From contig NC_042997.1 of NCBI RefSeq assembly GCF_006345805.1, positions 22,072,001 to 22,136,000 on the forward strand: DNA of 64,000 bases, given 5' to 3'. Each line of letters starts with the position of its first letter. The first letter of the stretch is position 1. Position numbers and translations under genes: made by a program. Below the pieces are notes generated by a model, which saw only the letters and a program-made list of their open reading frames with translations, did no database searches and was not told the DNA's origin. Source of the DNA: Octopus sinensis (lineage: Eukaryota). Shown here piece by piece: positions 12,315-24,217 of this stretch.

Positions 12315-13067
12315 ACACGAGCATGAAAATCAATGGTTTTTAAAGAAAGGTATATACAATATATGCACTGCTTCAGGTGCAGAGAAAAGGAAAATCTCAA
12401 CTCTCTGTTACGCTTCAACTAGAGACTGCAAGACTATCTGAACGACTTTCCCAACATTAAAATGGAGCATCATTAGCAGGATCCCTTCTTACTCATCTAG
12501 AACTCGCAATTTCCAGCCATATCTCTGCGTGCCTGCAGTATCCATCAACAGGAAAAATAAATTATCTTATTGTTTTCACCACAGGTAAGCCCTGTTAATG
12601 AACTTCAGATCACTAGCAGTTGACAATTCAGATATACCTCCCTAGGTCTAGTGGCCTCACAAACAAGTGCAGGGTCTTGTAGCCTGAGCTGCAAAACCCA
12701 AGATAACTTTCCATCCTGTCATGTGTGGTACCAAACGAATGAATCAATATCGCTATAAACACTACACTGCATGTTGCTGCCATATTGATGACAGCTCGGG
12801 CCCAACCAACATCCTCAGCCAACATGCTGTTGAGATGTGTGCGTGTGTGTATGTGAGTGTATGCATTTGTATGTTCTCTTTCTCTTTCTAATTTAGAATA
12901 AATCTTGACCGGCCACTTGCTTAGAGGCAAGATTGTAGAGAGCAGTTTTTTGTTTCGTTCATCATCCTTTAAATCTTATGAAAGTTTAGCAGATATTTAT
13001 AGTCACAGATATCGTTGTCATTTGTAGTGTATGAATTAAATATTTATGTTCTCTACCCCAAGAACCC

Positions 13068-13091
13068 ATGTATGTATGCATGTATGTATGC

Positions 13092-13124
<33 letters not shown>

Positions 13125-13863
13125 TGTATGTATGTTTGTATGTATGTATCTATGTATGTTTGTATGTATGTATGTATGCATGTATGTATGTATGTATGTA
13201 TGTATGTATGTATGTTTGTATGTATGTATGTATGTATGTTTGTATGTATGTATGTATGTATGTATGTTTGTATGTATGTATGTAAGTTTGTATGTATGTA
13301 TGCATGCTGGTAATTATGTATGTATGTAGTATGTATCGTATGTTTGTATGTATGTATGTATGTATGTATGTATGTATGCATGTATGTATGTATGTATGTA
13401 TGTTTGTATGTATGTATGTAAGTTTGTATGTATGTATGTATGTTTGTATGTATGTATGTATGTATGTATGTTTGTATGTATGTATGTAAGTTTGTATGTA
13501 TGTATGCATGCATGTATTTATGTTTGTATGTATGTATCTATGTATGTTTGTATGTATGTATGTATGTATGCATGTATGTATGTATGTATGTATGTATGTA
13601 TGTATGTATGTTTGTATGTATGTATGTATGTATGTATGTAAGTTTGTATGTATGTATGCATGCATGTATTTATGTATGTATGTATATTTGTATGTATGTA
13701 TGTATGCATTCATGCATGCATGCATGTATGTATGTATGTATGGATGTATGCATGCATGCATGTATGTATGTATGTATGCATGTATGTATGTATGTATGCA
13801 TGTATGCATATATGCATGTATGTATGTATGTATGTATGTATGTATGTATGTATGTATGTATGT
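13068..13863. repeat. (TATG)n/(CATA)n tetranucleotide array, ~800 bp, with variant units
   Basis: Direct reading; variants TTTG, CATG, TAAG and TATC are interspersed. Confidence 0.98.
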
Positions 13864-14849
13864 CGGGAGAATTCATAAAAACCAAAAGACGAAGACATGT
13901 GGTATAGACAACAAACAGATGTATTAGTGTAACGTTCGGGAAGTGAAAAGGTCATTAACGTTTCGAGTCTATGCTCTTCCACAGAAAGAAACAGGGAGAG
14001 AAAATAAAGAATGTGTAGTGGCTAGCGAGCTATCATAGCGAATGCCTGACAAATGGTCACACAGGAGAGCTAGAAAGTAAGGGGAGATAATAAAGTAGTA
14101 GTGATCCCAAAACGAAGGTGCACGTGCGTGCGCATAACAGAGCATGTATGTGCGTGTGGAAGAGGGCTGTGACGTGTGTGTGTGTGCATGTGTGGATGAT
14201 GATGTGGGTGCTGGGAAGTGGTCAGTGCTAGTGTGTGCATGGTGATGTGATGTGATGTGGTAAGGTGGTGTGTGGTGTGGTGTGGTGGTGGTGGGATGTG
14301 GGGGAGGCGAGACTGGGGAAACCAAGGGAGGGGGTAGAGGTAGGGTATGTGGTATTGGGTGTAAGGGATGGGGTGGGTGTGATAGGAGGGATAGGGAAGG
14401 TGGGATTGGATTGTGTAGGGGTGGGGTTACGAGGGAGGGGTGACGATGAAAGGAGAGGGGAAGGGAGAAGGTGGGTAGGGGTGAAGAGAAGAGAGAAGGA
14501 GAGTAGGAGTGAAGAGAAGTAGGAGTCGGAGCAAGAGAGGAGACATGGGTGGCAGGAAGTAGGTGTGAGACGAAGAGAGGAGAGAGGAGGAGAACTAGAT
14601 GAAGAGAGGAGGAGAGTTGAGCCCATGTTGTACAACGGAGCGAAGAGAGAAGATTAATCCCTCTTCACTGCGAAGACGGGAGTCCGGAGAGCCCCTGTAC
14701 AAGGTCAATCCGAATACAGACAGGTGTTGCAAAGAGTGACCGGTAGAGCGGAAATGACATCCCGAGTCTGGGGTGTCATTGCCGAGTCGGAGGTCTCGGA
14801 GGTGTTCCATGAACCGGTCAGCCAAGCGGCGTCCCGTTTGCCCGATGTG
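13864..14849 (-). mobile_element. 5'-truncated Penelope-like element: GIY-YIG C-terminus, low-complexity 3' region and terminal repeat
   Basis: Minus strand HIGQTGRRLADRFMEHLRDLRLGNDTP..HFRSTGHSLQHLSVFGL..LIFSLRSVVQHGLN (14595-14849) fits the PLE GIY-YIG endonuclease. The terminal segment is repeated at 16510-16630. Confidence 0.88.
13952..13989 (-). ncRNA. Hammerhead-like motif with U at core position 6, in the PLE terminal repeat
   Basis: Minus strand TCTTT-CTGTGGAA-GAG-catagA-CTC-GAA-ACGT-T-AATGA: stem I, stem II GAG/CTC, palindromic ACGT stem III. Confidence 0.55.
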
Positions 14850-14855
14850 TGTATG

Positions 14856-15300
14856 TCATTATTCAGTATATTTCAAGATTTTTTGCCAATAGAGAAAGAA
14901 CCAGTTTCTAACCTAGATCCAAGGCACCTACATTGGAATACCAACATCAACAACAGGTATTTTTGTTTGTATGTATGTATGTATGTATGTTTTATGTATG
15001 TATTCCCATACGTATAGTTATATATCTAGATAAGCTCATATATATTTAAATGATAAACTTCTGGAAAGTTTTACAGTTCCAGTGATGGATTGGATCTGTA
15101 GTCTTCGAATTAGCTTTCGCCTTTCTGTTGTTTTGAGAAGACTAATTTCTCAAGATTTGTATTTAGGCAGTATGTTACATATCCCAGGGCACCAATAATT
15201 ACAGGTATAAACCTGAACTTATAATCTGGGTAGAGTAACTGCAGATTTCTCAATAGTTTAGCATAGGTGTTCTCTTTTTCACTGATCTTCAGCTTTATGT
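14856..15300 (-). mobile_element. 5'-truncated R4/Dong-like (restriction-like endonuclease) LINE 3' end
   Basis: Minus strand VNIKLKISEKENTYAKLLRNLQLLYPDYKFRFIPVIIGALGYVT, frameshift, then RKLIRRLQIQSITGTVK..TFQKFII* (stop 15046-15048), typical of the RLE C-terminus. Flanked by CATA repeats. Confidence 0.8.
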
Positions 15301-15395
15301 TAACATATGGGTATGTATGTATGTATGTATGTATGTATGTATGTATGTATGTATGTATGCATATATGTATGTATGCATATATGTATGTATGCATG

Positions 15396-15630
15396 TCATT
15401 ATTCAGTTTTATTGCAAGATTTCTTGCCAATAGAGAAAGAGCTGGTTTCTAACCTAGACTCAAGGCTACTTCATTGGAATTTCAACACCAACAACAGTGT
15501 GTTTTTGCTTGTATGTATGTATGTCATTATCCAATATATTTCAAAATTTCTTGCCAGTAGAGTAAGAACCGGTTTCTAACCTAGATCCAAGGCACCTTCA
15601 TTGGAATTTCAACATCAACAGCAGGGTTTG
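15396..15630 (-). repeat. Two further copies of the ~113-bp 3'-terminal unit of the R4/Dong-like element
   Basis: tcattattcag..ttgccaatagagaaaga..tctaacctaga..aacaacag at 14856, 15396 and 15524, each abutting GTATG repeats. Confidence 0.85.
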
Positions 15631-15874
15631 TTGGTGCACTAATTTAAGCAATTTTATTCGAACTGATCGACTCCAGGATTTATTTTTGTTTTTAAACCTA
15701 GTACTTGTTCTGTGAGATCCTTTGTGAAAGCGCTACGTTACGGGGACGTAAACAAACCAACGACATACACACACCACTCACACACGTACTCACATACACA
15801 CGCAAACACACATACAGATACCACATATTATATATATATATATATATTTTTAATATATATATATATATATATAT

Positions 15875-15944
<70 letters not shown>

Positions 15945-15959
15945 CATATATATTATATA

Positions 15960-16103
15960 GAGGGTACTATTATTCATAGGTACCGCACGCTAGGAGGGAC
16001 TCTTGCAGTCAAAACTACTAAATAAATAAATTGTACCGAATGCAAAACTTCAAAGCAAGTCATTTAAAAACAGAATTTAGTTCCTATGAATAATAGTACC
16101 CTC
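15960..16103. mobile_element. Small Tc1/mariner-type MITE
   Basis: Perfect 21-bp TIR gagggtactattattcatagg / cctatgaataatagtaccctc in a TA context. Confidence 0.8.
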
Positions 16104-16204
16104 AATATAATATAAATTTACAGATTTTTTCTCTTACGAGGTTTTTCACGCTAACTACTGATAATTTCTTATAAAGATTTTATCCTTAATTTTAAATTTA
16201 TATA

Positions 16205-16248
<44 letters not shown>

Positions 16249-16250
<2 letters not shown>

Positions 16251-16409
16251 CTTATAAATAAGGGCTAAAGAAAATTATTTCTATGCCAATATGCTGATAA
16301 CAGACTTTTAAATCGTCAATTTCCAAAATATGTAGAAATTGACGATTTAAAGGTCTGTTATCAGCATATTGCCATAGAAATAATTTTCTTTAGCCCTTAT
16401 TTATTAGTT
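16249..16409. repeat. Near-perfect inverted repeat (~75-bp arms, 11-nt loop)
   Basis: 16254-16323 pairs with 16335-16404 with 2 mismatches; loop caaaatatgta. Confidence 0.95.
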
Positions 16410-16509
16410 GTTTATAATTTTAACCTTAAAGGTACTTTAACATGCTGCCACATTTTTTGATGAAATTTTTTCTGTAAAAAAACTTCATCCTATATTAGTA
16501 GTACCTCCT

Positions 16510-16630
16510 TGTTTCTTTTCTGTGTATCTATCTGTCGAAGAGCGTAGGCTCGAAATGTAAAAGACTTCTATTTCTATTCCGGGCGCCATACTAATACATT
16601 TTGTTTGTTTGTACTCCACCTGCTTTTGTT
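16510..16630 (+). mobile_element. Solo PLE terminal-repeat fragment with hammerhead-like motif (16527-16564)
   Basis: TCTAT-CTGTCGAA-GAG-cgtagg-CTC-GAA-ATGT-A-AAAGA; the downstream actaataca..tgtttgtt matches the reverse complement of 13864-13950. Confidence 0.7.
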
Positions 16631-16684
16631 TATTTTCGTAAACCTTCCCGTTATATATATACATATATATAATATATATATATA

Positions 16685-16780
<96 letters not shown>

Positions 16781-16814
16781 TATGTGGTGTGTGTATATGT
16801 ATATGACGAGCTTT

Positions 16815-16961
16815 TTCAGTTTCCATCTATCATATCCACTCACAAGGCTATGGTCAGCCTGAGGCTATAGTAGAAGACACTTGCCCAAGGTGCCACATTC
16901 TGGGACTAAAAAAACCATGTGAATGGGAAGCAAGTCTCTTACAACACAGACACGCCAGTGC
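16815..16961 (-). mobile_element. SINE family B, 5' part
   Basis: ctatagtagaagacacttgcccaaggtgccac..gggact as in the other copies. Confidence 0.8.
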
Positions 16962-17028
16962 CTATATATATATGGTGTTGAGTTGTGTGTGTAATATATG
17001 TATACACACACACACACACACATATATA

Positions 17029-17082
<54 letters not shown>

Positions 17083-17374
17083 TATATGTGTGGGGAAGTA
17101 AGAAGAAAAAAGCGAAAATGCAATTGGATATAAAACAATAAAGGCTTTTTTATGAAAAGTATCGCTAAATATATACAATTAGATGAACTGAGGTAGAATT
17201 AGGATGAATAAAATTCAATATTAGAATTAGGAGGAATAAAGTCATTCTGACTTTTATTCCTCCTAATCTACCTCAGTTCATCTAATTGTCATTATTTAAC
17301 GGTACTTTACATAAGAAACCCTTTATTACTTTTTTATATCCAATATGCATTTTCGCTTTTACTTCTTACTTTAC

Positions 17375-17414
<40 letters not shown>

Positions 17415-17488
17415 AGAGAGAGAGACAGACAGAGAGAGACAGACAGAGAGAGAGACAGAGACAGAGAGAACATATATATATATATATA

Positions 17489-18792
17489 CTAGCTTAAGGT
17501 GACCCGCTCTACGCGCGGGTAAGAGTGTGGTTGTTACTTTCTGTTGCTTCTTTTCAGCACGTAAAAAGCACCATCCGAACGTGGCCGATGGCAGCGCCGC
17601 CTTGACTGGCTTCTGTGCCGGTGGCACGTAAAAGCCACCAATCGATCGTGGCCGCTGCCAGCTCCCCTGGCACCTGTGCCGGCGGCACGAAAAAGCACCC
17701 ACTACACTCAAAGAGTGGTTGGCGTTAGGAAGGGCATCCATCTGTAGAAACACTGCCAGATCAGACTGGAGCCTGGTGCAGCCTCCTGGCTTCCCAGACC
17801 CCGGTCAAAGTGTTATATTATATATATATAATATATATATATTATATATATATATATATATGTATATAGGTGTGTGTGTGAGTGGTGTGTGTGTGTGTGT
17901 GTGGGTGTGTGTGGTGTGTGTGCACGCATTACATATACAAATGTATACAAATTATATATATATAAAATTATGTATAAATTAAATTAGAGATAAAACCACT
18001 AATAGGCAAATCAAACAGCGAAAAACATAAACCAAAACATAAAAATAAAAATATAATATACAAATTATATAAAATATAAAATTGAAACTTTAAATTATTT
18101 AAATTTAAAATTAAAATTATTAATTTATACTTATAATTTTATTTTAAATATATATAACTATCAAAAAGTATTAAAAAGTTTAATATACATAAATACAGAT
18201 ATATACACTTTGTATATATACATTATATATACATATTTATATATAGAACACACACACACACATATATATATATAAATTAACCCAATAAATATCTGATTCA
18301 TAATATTTGTTCTCATGATTGTGTGGTTGTGGTCGTTGTGGCGATGATAATTCTCTCTATGAATGCAGACAGACGTAGAGAGAGAGAGTGTGTGAAAGCG
18401 ATGTCGAAGGTGGGAAGGGGGGAGATATAGAGCGCCATGACACGACGTTATAAAGAGAAAGTGAAGGTAAGGGAGTTAGACGCCGTGAAACGACGTTTAT
18501 TAGAAAGTGATGGGAGGGGGGAGAAGAGAGTGAGTGAGGAGGAAAGACAGATACATAAAAGAATGAGAGTAGACTTGTCAAAGTGATTTTTGGCCCTAGC
18601 AACGACACCTTTTAAGATAGGGATTTCCACTGGCATCCTCATCTCATTTTATATGCCCCTGTAAATTTTGGAGTCAATCCGACGGGATCTAGTGGCCTTT
18701 AATCCGTTCTCAATGCCAAAACCAGACAAACAAACAAACAAGCTTTTCGCATTTCAGATTTATATATATATATATATATATATATATGTAGA
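17489..18792 (-). mobile_element. Non-autonomous Helitron
   Basis: Minus strand 5' A|TCtacatatata..., 3' GC hairpin cccgcgcgtagagcggg then ..aagCTAG|T; inserted between A and T with no TSD. Confidence 0.75.
17558..17810 (+). mobile_element. SINE fragment with Meta/MESC-like core, nested in the Helitron
   Basis: Repeated tgccggtggcacgtaaaagcacc units and gagtggttggcgttaggaagggcatcca (core 17727-17739). Confidence 0.65.
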
Positions 18793-19821
18793 TAATGAAC
18801 TGCAGTTTTTACCTCTGTAGAATGTAATGCTATATATATATATATATATATTTAATATATACATATACATTATAATATACATCTATATACATATATGAAA
18901 TAATATCACAATTTATATGTGGCATAATATTTGGTTTTAAAATTACTTTAAAGCTATGATATTAATATGTGAAAGAATCTGTTAATTTCAATGTAATAAT
19001 TTATCAACAAATTATATTTTATTTTATATTTTTATGTTCATATATTTATATTCGAAAAATTCAAATTTGTTCCCAGGAAACTGGGACAAAATTTAGGTTT
19101 CATCTACCGGATTGAATGATACATTACTTCATAAAAAAGCTACTCATTTGTTGGTTACACTTTCATACAAGTATTATACAATATATTCTTGATTTGTTTG
19201 TTCTATGTCATTTCCCCACAAAACATCACCAAATTGTTTCCAATTAATATATTTATTTATTATAATTTTCCATAATTTTACAATTAATATATTTATGTAT
19301 TATAATCTTCCCTAAATGCTCATATTGTATGTATATTGGATTGAATTCGTTTGCATTACCTATGTTCAGTCCACTGCAGGACGAAAGCCTCAGCATTTTA
19401 TCTCCACCAGTCACGGTCTGATGTGGAGGCCGTGAATTTGAGCTTAAGTTCGTTGTGGTTTGATGAGCTTATAGTGCTACACTGATGCGACATGGCTTAG
19501 CAGAAGGGTACAGTTTTGATACTCTTAGCCAGGAGTAATTAATTCAATTACATCGACCCCAATGCTCAACAGGTACTTATTTTATCGACCTCGAAAGGAT
19601 AAAAGGCAAAGTCAGCTGCGGTGGAATTTGAACATAGAATGTGAAGAGGGACGAAATACAACTAAAACTTCGCCAGGTGTGCTAACGACTCTGCCAGCTC
19701 ACCTATGTACAAACGTACTACTAAAGTTTTGTTTTGTATGCGAATCGACTGAAGTTCATATAATTTGTCCCTGAACATCGTTTCAGCAAGAGACGATATG
19801 GTTTTATGCAAGGATGATAGT

Positions 19822-19863
19822 GATTCGCTGAGGAGGCTTAATAATGCTGAAACGTGTTAAATG
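19822..19863 (+). ncRNA. Degenerate hammerhead-like motif
   Basis: ATTCG-CTGAGGA-GGC-ttaataat-GCT-GAA-ACGTGT-TAAAT; core and stem II present, stems I and III decayed. Confidence 0.35.
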
Positions 19864-21167
19864 TTGTTAGCGTGCGTGACAAAGATCAGGTTAAATAAAT
19901 ATTAATGCTTGTGTTAATATTACTTCCTTTCACTGCATGCTTAGTTCTAATTTTAATAAATAGAGATTTCTTAGTTGTGACCCATATCTGCTTTCATTAG
20001 ATTTAAGTTCTGCACTAATATTTTCCTATCAACGCTACTATCTAAAATTAGCTTTACTGTGTCTTTTTTATTATATTTTTGGACACGACCTTATGCTTGT
20101 AGCACTGACTTAAATGTTTGTTTTCTGTGCAGATGGCATCCCCGAGTGATTTCCTCAATTCATCATATTTACGCATAGTCAGGTGATTTGTCTGTTGAAC
20201 TGAATGAAGGAAGTTTGTTTTTGTTTTGTTTATTCCTCATTCACTTTGTTTATTTTTGAAAAACTACATTTGACCTTTTTTATCAAACGCTTTTTATAGC
20301 ATTTAAAAAAAAAACATAGTATGGCATTTAAATATGAGACTAATTTCAGAATGATGTTGTCAGACAGACCTATCGTCAAAAAATTAAACTTGATGAATTT
20401 TATAGTTCATTCATATTAGTTAATATAATCTATTTTAATGCTATTCTTGTAAAACTGGTTTGCCCATTGGCTCCCAGTCTACACTCAGACTGACATTAAT
20501 TTTTCTTAACACACGGCATTTACAGACCTTATTCATAATATTTATATGTATTACACTCAACTTGTCACACTGATCAATGTTGGCTTCTTTCTTTGTTCTC
20601 TTTCGTTTTTTTTTATATATATTTTCTTATGCATCACCCTCTCTCTCTTCTTTACATCTCCCCACTCCAGCACTTTCCTCACTATCTTTGTTCCTCATTC
20701 TCTCTCTCTCTCTCTCACTCTCTCTCTCTCTCTCTCTCTTTGTCAACATTATCGTTTATCCATCTATTCATATGTTTAGCTGCACTTGTATATACATATT
20801 TGTGGATGGCTGTATGTATAGCGTTTCGTTGATGTTTTACCAGATTAAGAAATAAATGAAAGAACTAAAGACAATACCTGAGAACTAACAGTTATTTGCT
20901 AATATCAATTGACACTTAACGCATACATATTAATCTTTCTGTCTTACTTGTCTCAGTTACTGGTCTATGGTCATCTTGTTATACCACCTTCAAGGCTCAG
21001 TCGATCAAGTCGCCCCCGCCAGTACTTGTTTTAATCTTGGTACTTATTATATCGGTCACATTTTTATTTTGTACCTCTAATTGTGAGGGACACAAAACAG
21101 ACTAACACTGTTTATCAAGTGGTGAAAAACAAATTCGATCACAGAGATGCGTATGCACATATACATT

Positions 21168-21369
21168 GACAGACAGACAGATAGACAGACAGACAGGCAG
21201 ACAGGCAGCAGGCAGGCAGGCAGATAGACAGGCAGGCAGACAGGCAGAAAGGCAGACATACAGATAGATAGATAGATAGATAGATAAGATAGATAGATAG
21301 ATAGATAGATAGATGGATGGACGGACGGACGGACGAATAGACAGACAGACAGACAGACAGACAACAGAC

Positions 21370-21419
<50 letters not shown>

Positions 21420-21450
21420 ATCGATAGATAGATAGATAGATAGATAGACG
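21168..21450. repeat. (GATA)n/(GACA)n/(GGCA)n compound microsatellite
   Basis: Direct reading. Confidence 0.97.
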
Positions 21451-21801
21451 GCTAGATAAATATACTCATGTGTATATGTATGTGTATATATGAGAGAGAG
21501 GGAGGGAGGGATGGATGGACGGAGAGAGGGATGGAGGGAGGAAGGAAGAGAGAGAGAGAGAGAGAGTATTTTCCCTCAAATTCACTTACAAAAAATTGGA
21601 TGATCCAGGGACTGTTACCCAAATTGACTTTTAATCTATATGGAAAAAAAAGTTGGCTAATTTCAAAATTTCATCGTTTGTTATTTGTAGTCAGACGAAG
21701 GCAATAAAAAGGACATCGAAGTCACTGTCAAGCTTTACTTTGTAAAAATAAATATGAGACGCTACTTAAATATATTGACATCATCCTTCGAATACTATTC
21801 G

Positions 21802-21972
21802 GATTAAGTCGATTACATCGACCCCAGTGCGTAACTGGTACTTAATTTATCGACCCCGAAAGGATGAAAGGCAAAGTCGACCTCGGCGGAATTTGAACTC
21901 AGAACTTAACGGCAGACGAAATACCGTTATGCTTTTCACCCGGCGTGCTTACGTTTCTGCCAGCTCGCAGCC
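21802..21972 (-). mobile_element. tRNA-derived Nin/Deu-domain SINE family A, monomer
   Basis: Minus strand ggctgcgagctggcagaaacg (A box), gagttcaaattcc (B box), gcctttcatcctttcggggtcgataaattaagtaccag (Nin/Deu-like domain). Further copies near 11340, 19540, 23885, 27000, 30665, 31900, 32840, 33240, 33490, 33730, 39770, 58955 and 59225. Confidence 0.9.
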
Positions 21973-22168
21973 TTATTTGTCAAATATATTACAGACTATT
22001 TCTGATTCTATAATAACCCTGTCGGCGGCCTATCCCAGATTCATGTGTGGGCAGTTGTACATTATCTCAAAAAGTAGACCTGCTTGGAAAAATTGTAGGG
22101 CATATTCTTATTCGGAGGGTTGGATATGACTAAAATCAGTTCTAAAACCTGAGGCACCAATTTTTTTT

Positions 22169-22712
22169 CTAGCAATGCACGCCGGCGTTGCTCGGGTGTT
22201 ATCACCTACAGCCACATTGTATTATTTGTTCCTTTCTTATGGGCAGAATCGGCACTCGAGGAGTATGAAGCAAACAACTCTAATCAAAACACAGACAAAC
22301 ATACTTAAAAGATTATCTACTAAATAATACTCAAAAATTGACGGTATATCTTCGAAGTTTCATTCCTTGGTAAACTTTATATATTTTGAACATTTTCTCA
22401 TTATTTTCTATCAAAAACATAAATATTGTTCAGGCAGAGTTACCTCTCTTAATTAAAGACCTCAAAATTGGGCGATTCAACCTCGTTTTCGAGGGTATTT
22501 TGTAGTAAAAAAGAGCTGTTGTGAAAAAAACATCTTCAGTTTGGCAACCGAATGTTTACTGAATCTTTTGATACCTCATACGTCAAAATCGGCAACTCAG
22601 TTTTCGAATCCATATGGAACATACGCATGCACACACACACACTGAGAGAGACAGACGGACAGACAGACACAGACATAACATAACATTACAGCTCTAAAGT
22701 TTATATTTAAAC
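22169..22712 (-). mobile_element. Non-autonomous Helitron, 5' end degenerate
   Basis: Minus strand 3' end acccgagcaacgccggcgtgcattgCTAG; 5' region tataaac..tgtctgtctgtc. Confidence 0.65.
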
Positions 22713-23483
22713 TCGAATCGAAATTCAATATAAAAATATATTGAATTCTTTTAATGGATTCAAATTTAAATTTTAGGTTCTCTTATCTAACTTTGATTAC
22801 AGCTCGAATTCGAAAATCAATTTTTAAAAAAAATCATTTCTTTGATTTGATATTTTTCCCGTCGGTCTTGGGTTTATCAATTTCAAATTCCGAATTGATT
22901 TCTCCTTTGCCACCTCCATTTTCACTAAAATTAACGGTCTCGGTTTGGTTGACCTTTCCTGTCACTGGAAGCCACAGCTGGCCAAGTCAATAAAATATTG
23001 GCCGGTTGAGTGAAAATTCCATGGTTCTTTTCCCGCCAAAAATGCAGCTCACATCATAGACGGACACTTAAAATAGATTCAAATTATTGTTTGAAGAAAT
23101 ATTATGATATTACTGAAATGTGAACTTCGTCTAATTTGAGCAGGATCTTCAATTTAAATTAAGAATTTAAATTGAGAATTTAAATTGAGATTAATTTAAT
23201 GTTGAATGAAGAAGCATTTTTTTTTAAACTGAGGATGAGTACAATCGGATTGTTTGTTTGGAAGACAATTCGAAAAGTGTTTGTGTATGTCCATCAATGT
23301 TCCGAGCGAAATGGATGCGGTGAGTCACACTTGCTTTTAAACTATAAGGAAGCAATATCAAGTGAACATTGGATTCAGTAGAAAACAAAGAATTATGCAA
23401 CTTTTGGAACTAAATATTTCCCGGCATTCGTATATACGTGCTGGCGGAATCGTTAGACTGTCCCAAAAAAAAAAAAAATTTGC

Positions 23484-23880
23484 TTGGTTGTGTGGTAAGT
23501 AGCTTACTTACGAACCACATGGTTCCGGGTTCAGTCCCACTGCGTGGCACCTTGGGGAAATGTCTTCTACTATAGCCTCGGGCCGACCAAAGCCTTCTGA
23601 GTGGATTTAGTAGACGGAAACTGAAAGAAGCTCGTCGTATGTGTGTGGGTGTGGGTGTGTGTGTGTGTGTGTGTATACGTTTGTGTGTCTGTGTTTGTCC
23701 TCCTAGCATCGCTTGACAACCGATGCTGGTGTGTTTACGTCCCTGTAACTTAGCGGTTTTGCAAAAGAGACCGATAAAATAAGTACTAGGCTTACAAAGA
23801 ATAAGTTCTGGGGCCGATTTGCTCGACTAAAGGCAATGCCCCAGCATGACCACAGTCAAATGACTGAAACAAATAAAAGA
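23484..23880 (+). mobile_element. SINE family B, near full length
   Basis: Aligns end to end with 7293-7696. Confidence 0.9.
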
Positions 23881-24217
23881 GGGCTATATCTTGCAGCTCT
23901 TCACATTCTGAGTTCAAATCCCAGTCAGGTAAACGTTGTATTTTGCCATTTCGGAGTCGAAAAAATAAATTATCAATCAAATATCGGGGAGCGGTGGTAT
24001 CATCTAATCCTCTCCTTCTAAAAATTACTGGAGTTATAGCTTTGTGCCAAAATTTGAAACAATTCGTGTATACTGCTGCTAAAATTTAACTCGGTGTTAG
24101 CTTTTCTAATTCAGCAGACCGAGGACTAGAGCAGTGAAAAAGATATTAACTTTTTCTTTTAAGATAATAGACTCCAACTGAGATGTGACTGTGTTGTAAG
24201 AAGTTTGTAAATTCTTC

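Noticed and set aside
11959-12441. 160-aa hydrophobic ORF with an internal repeat
   Set aside because: Its length depends on the exact 120-bp duplication of GT-rich low-complexity DNA.
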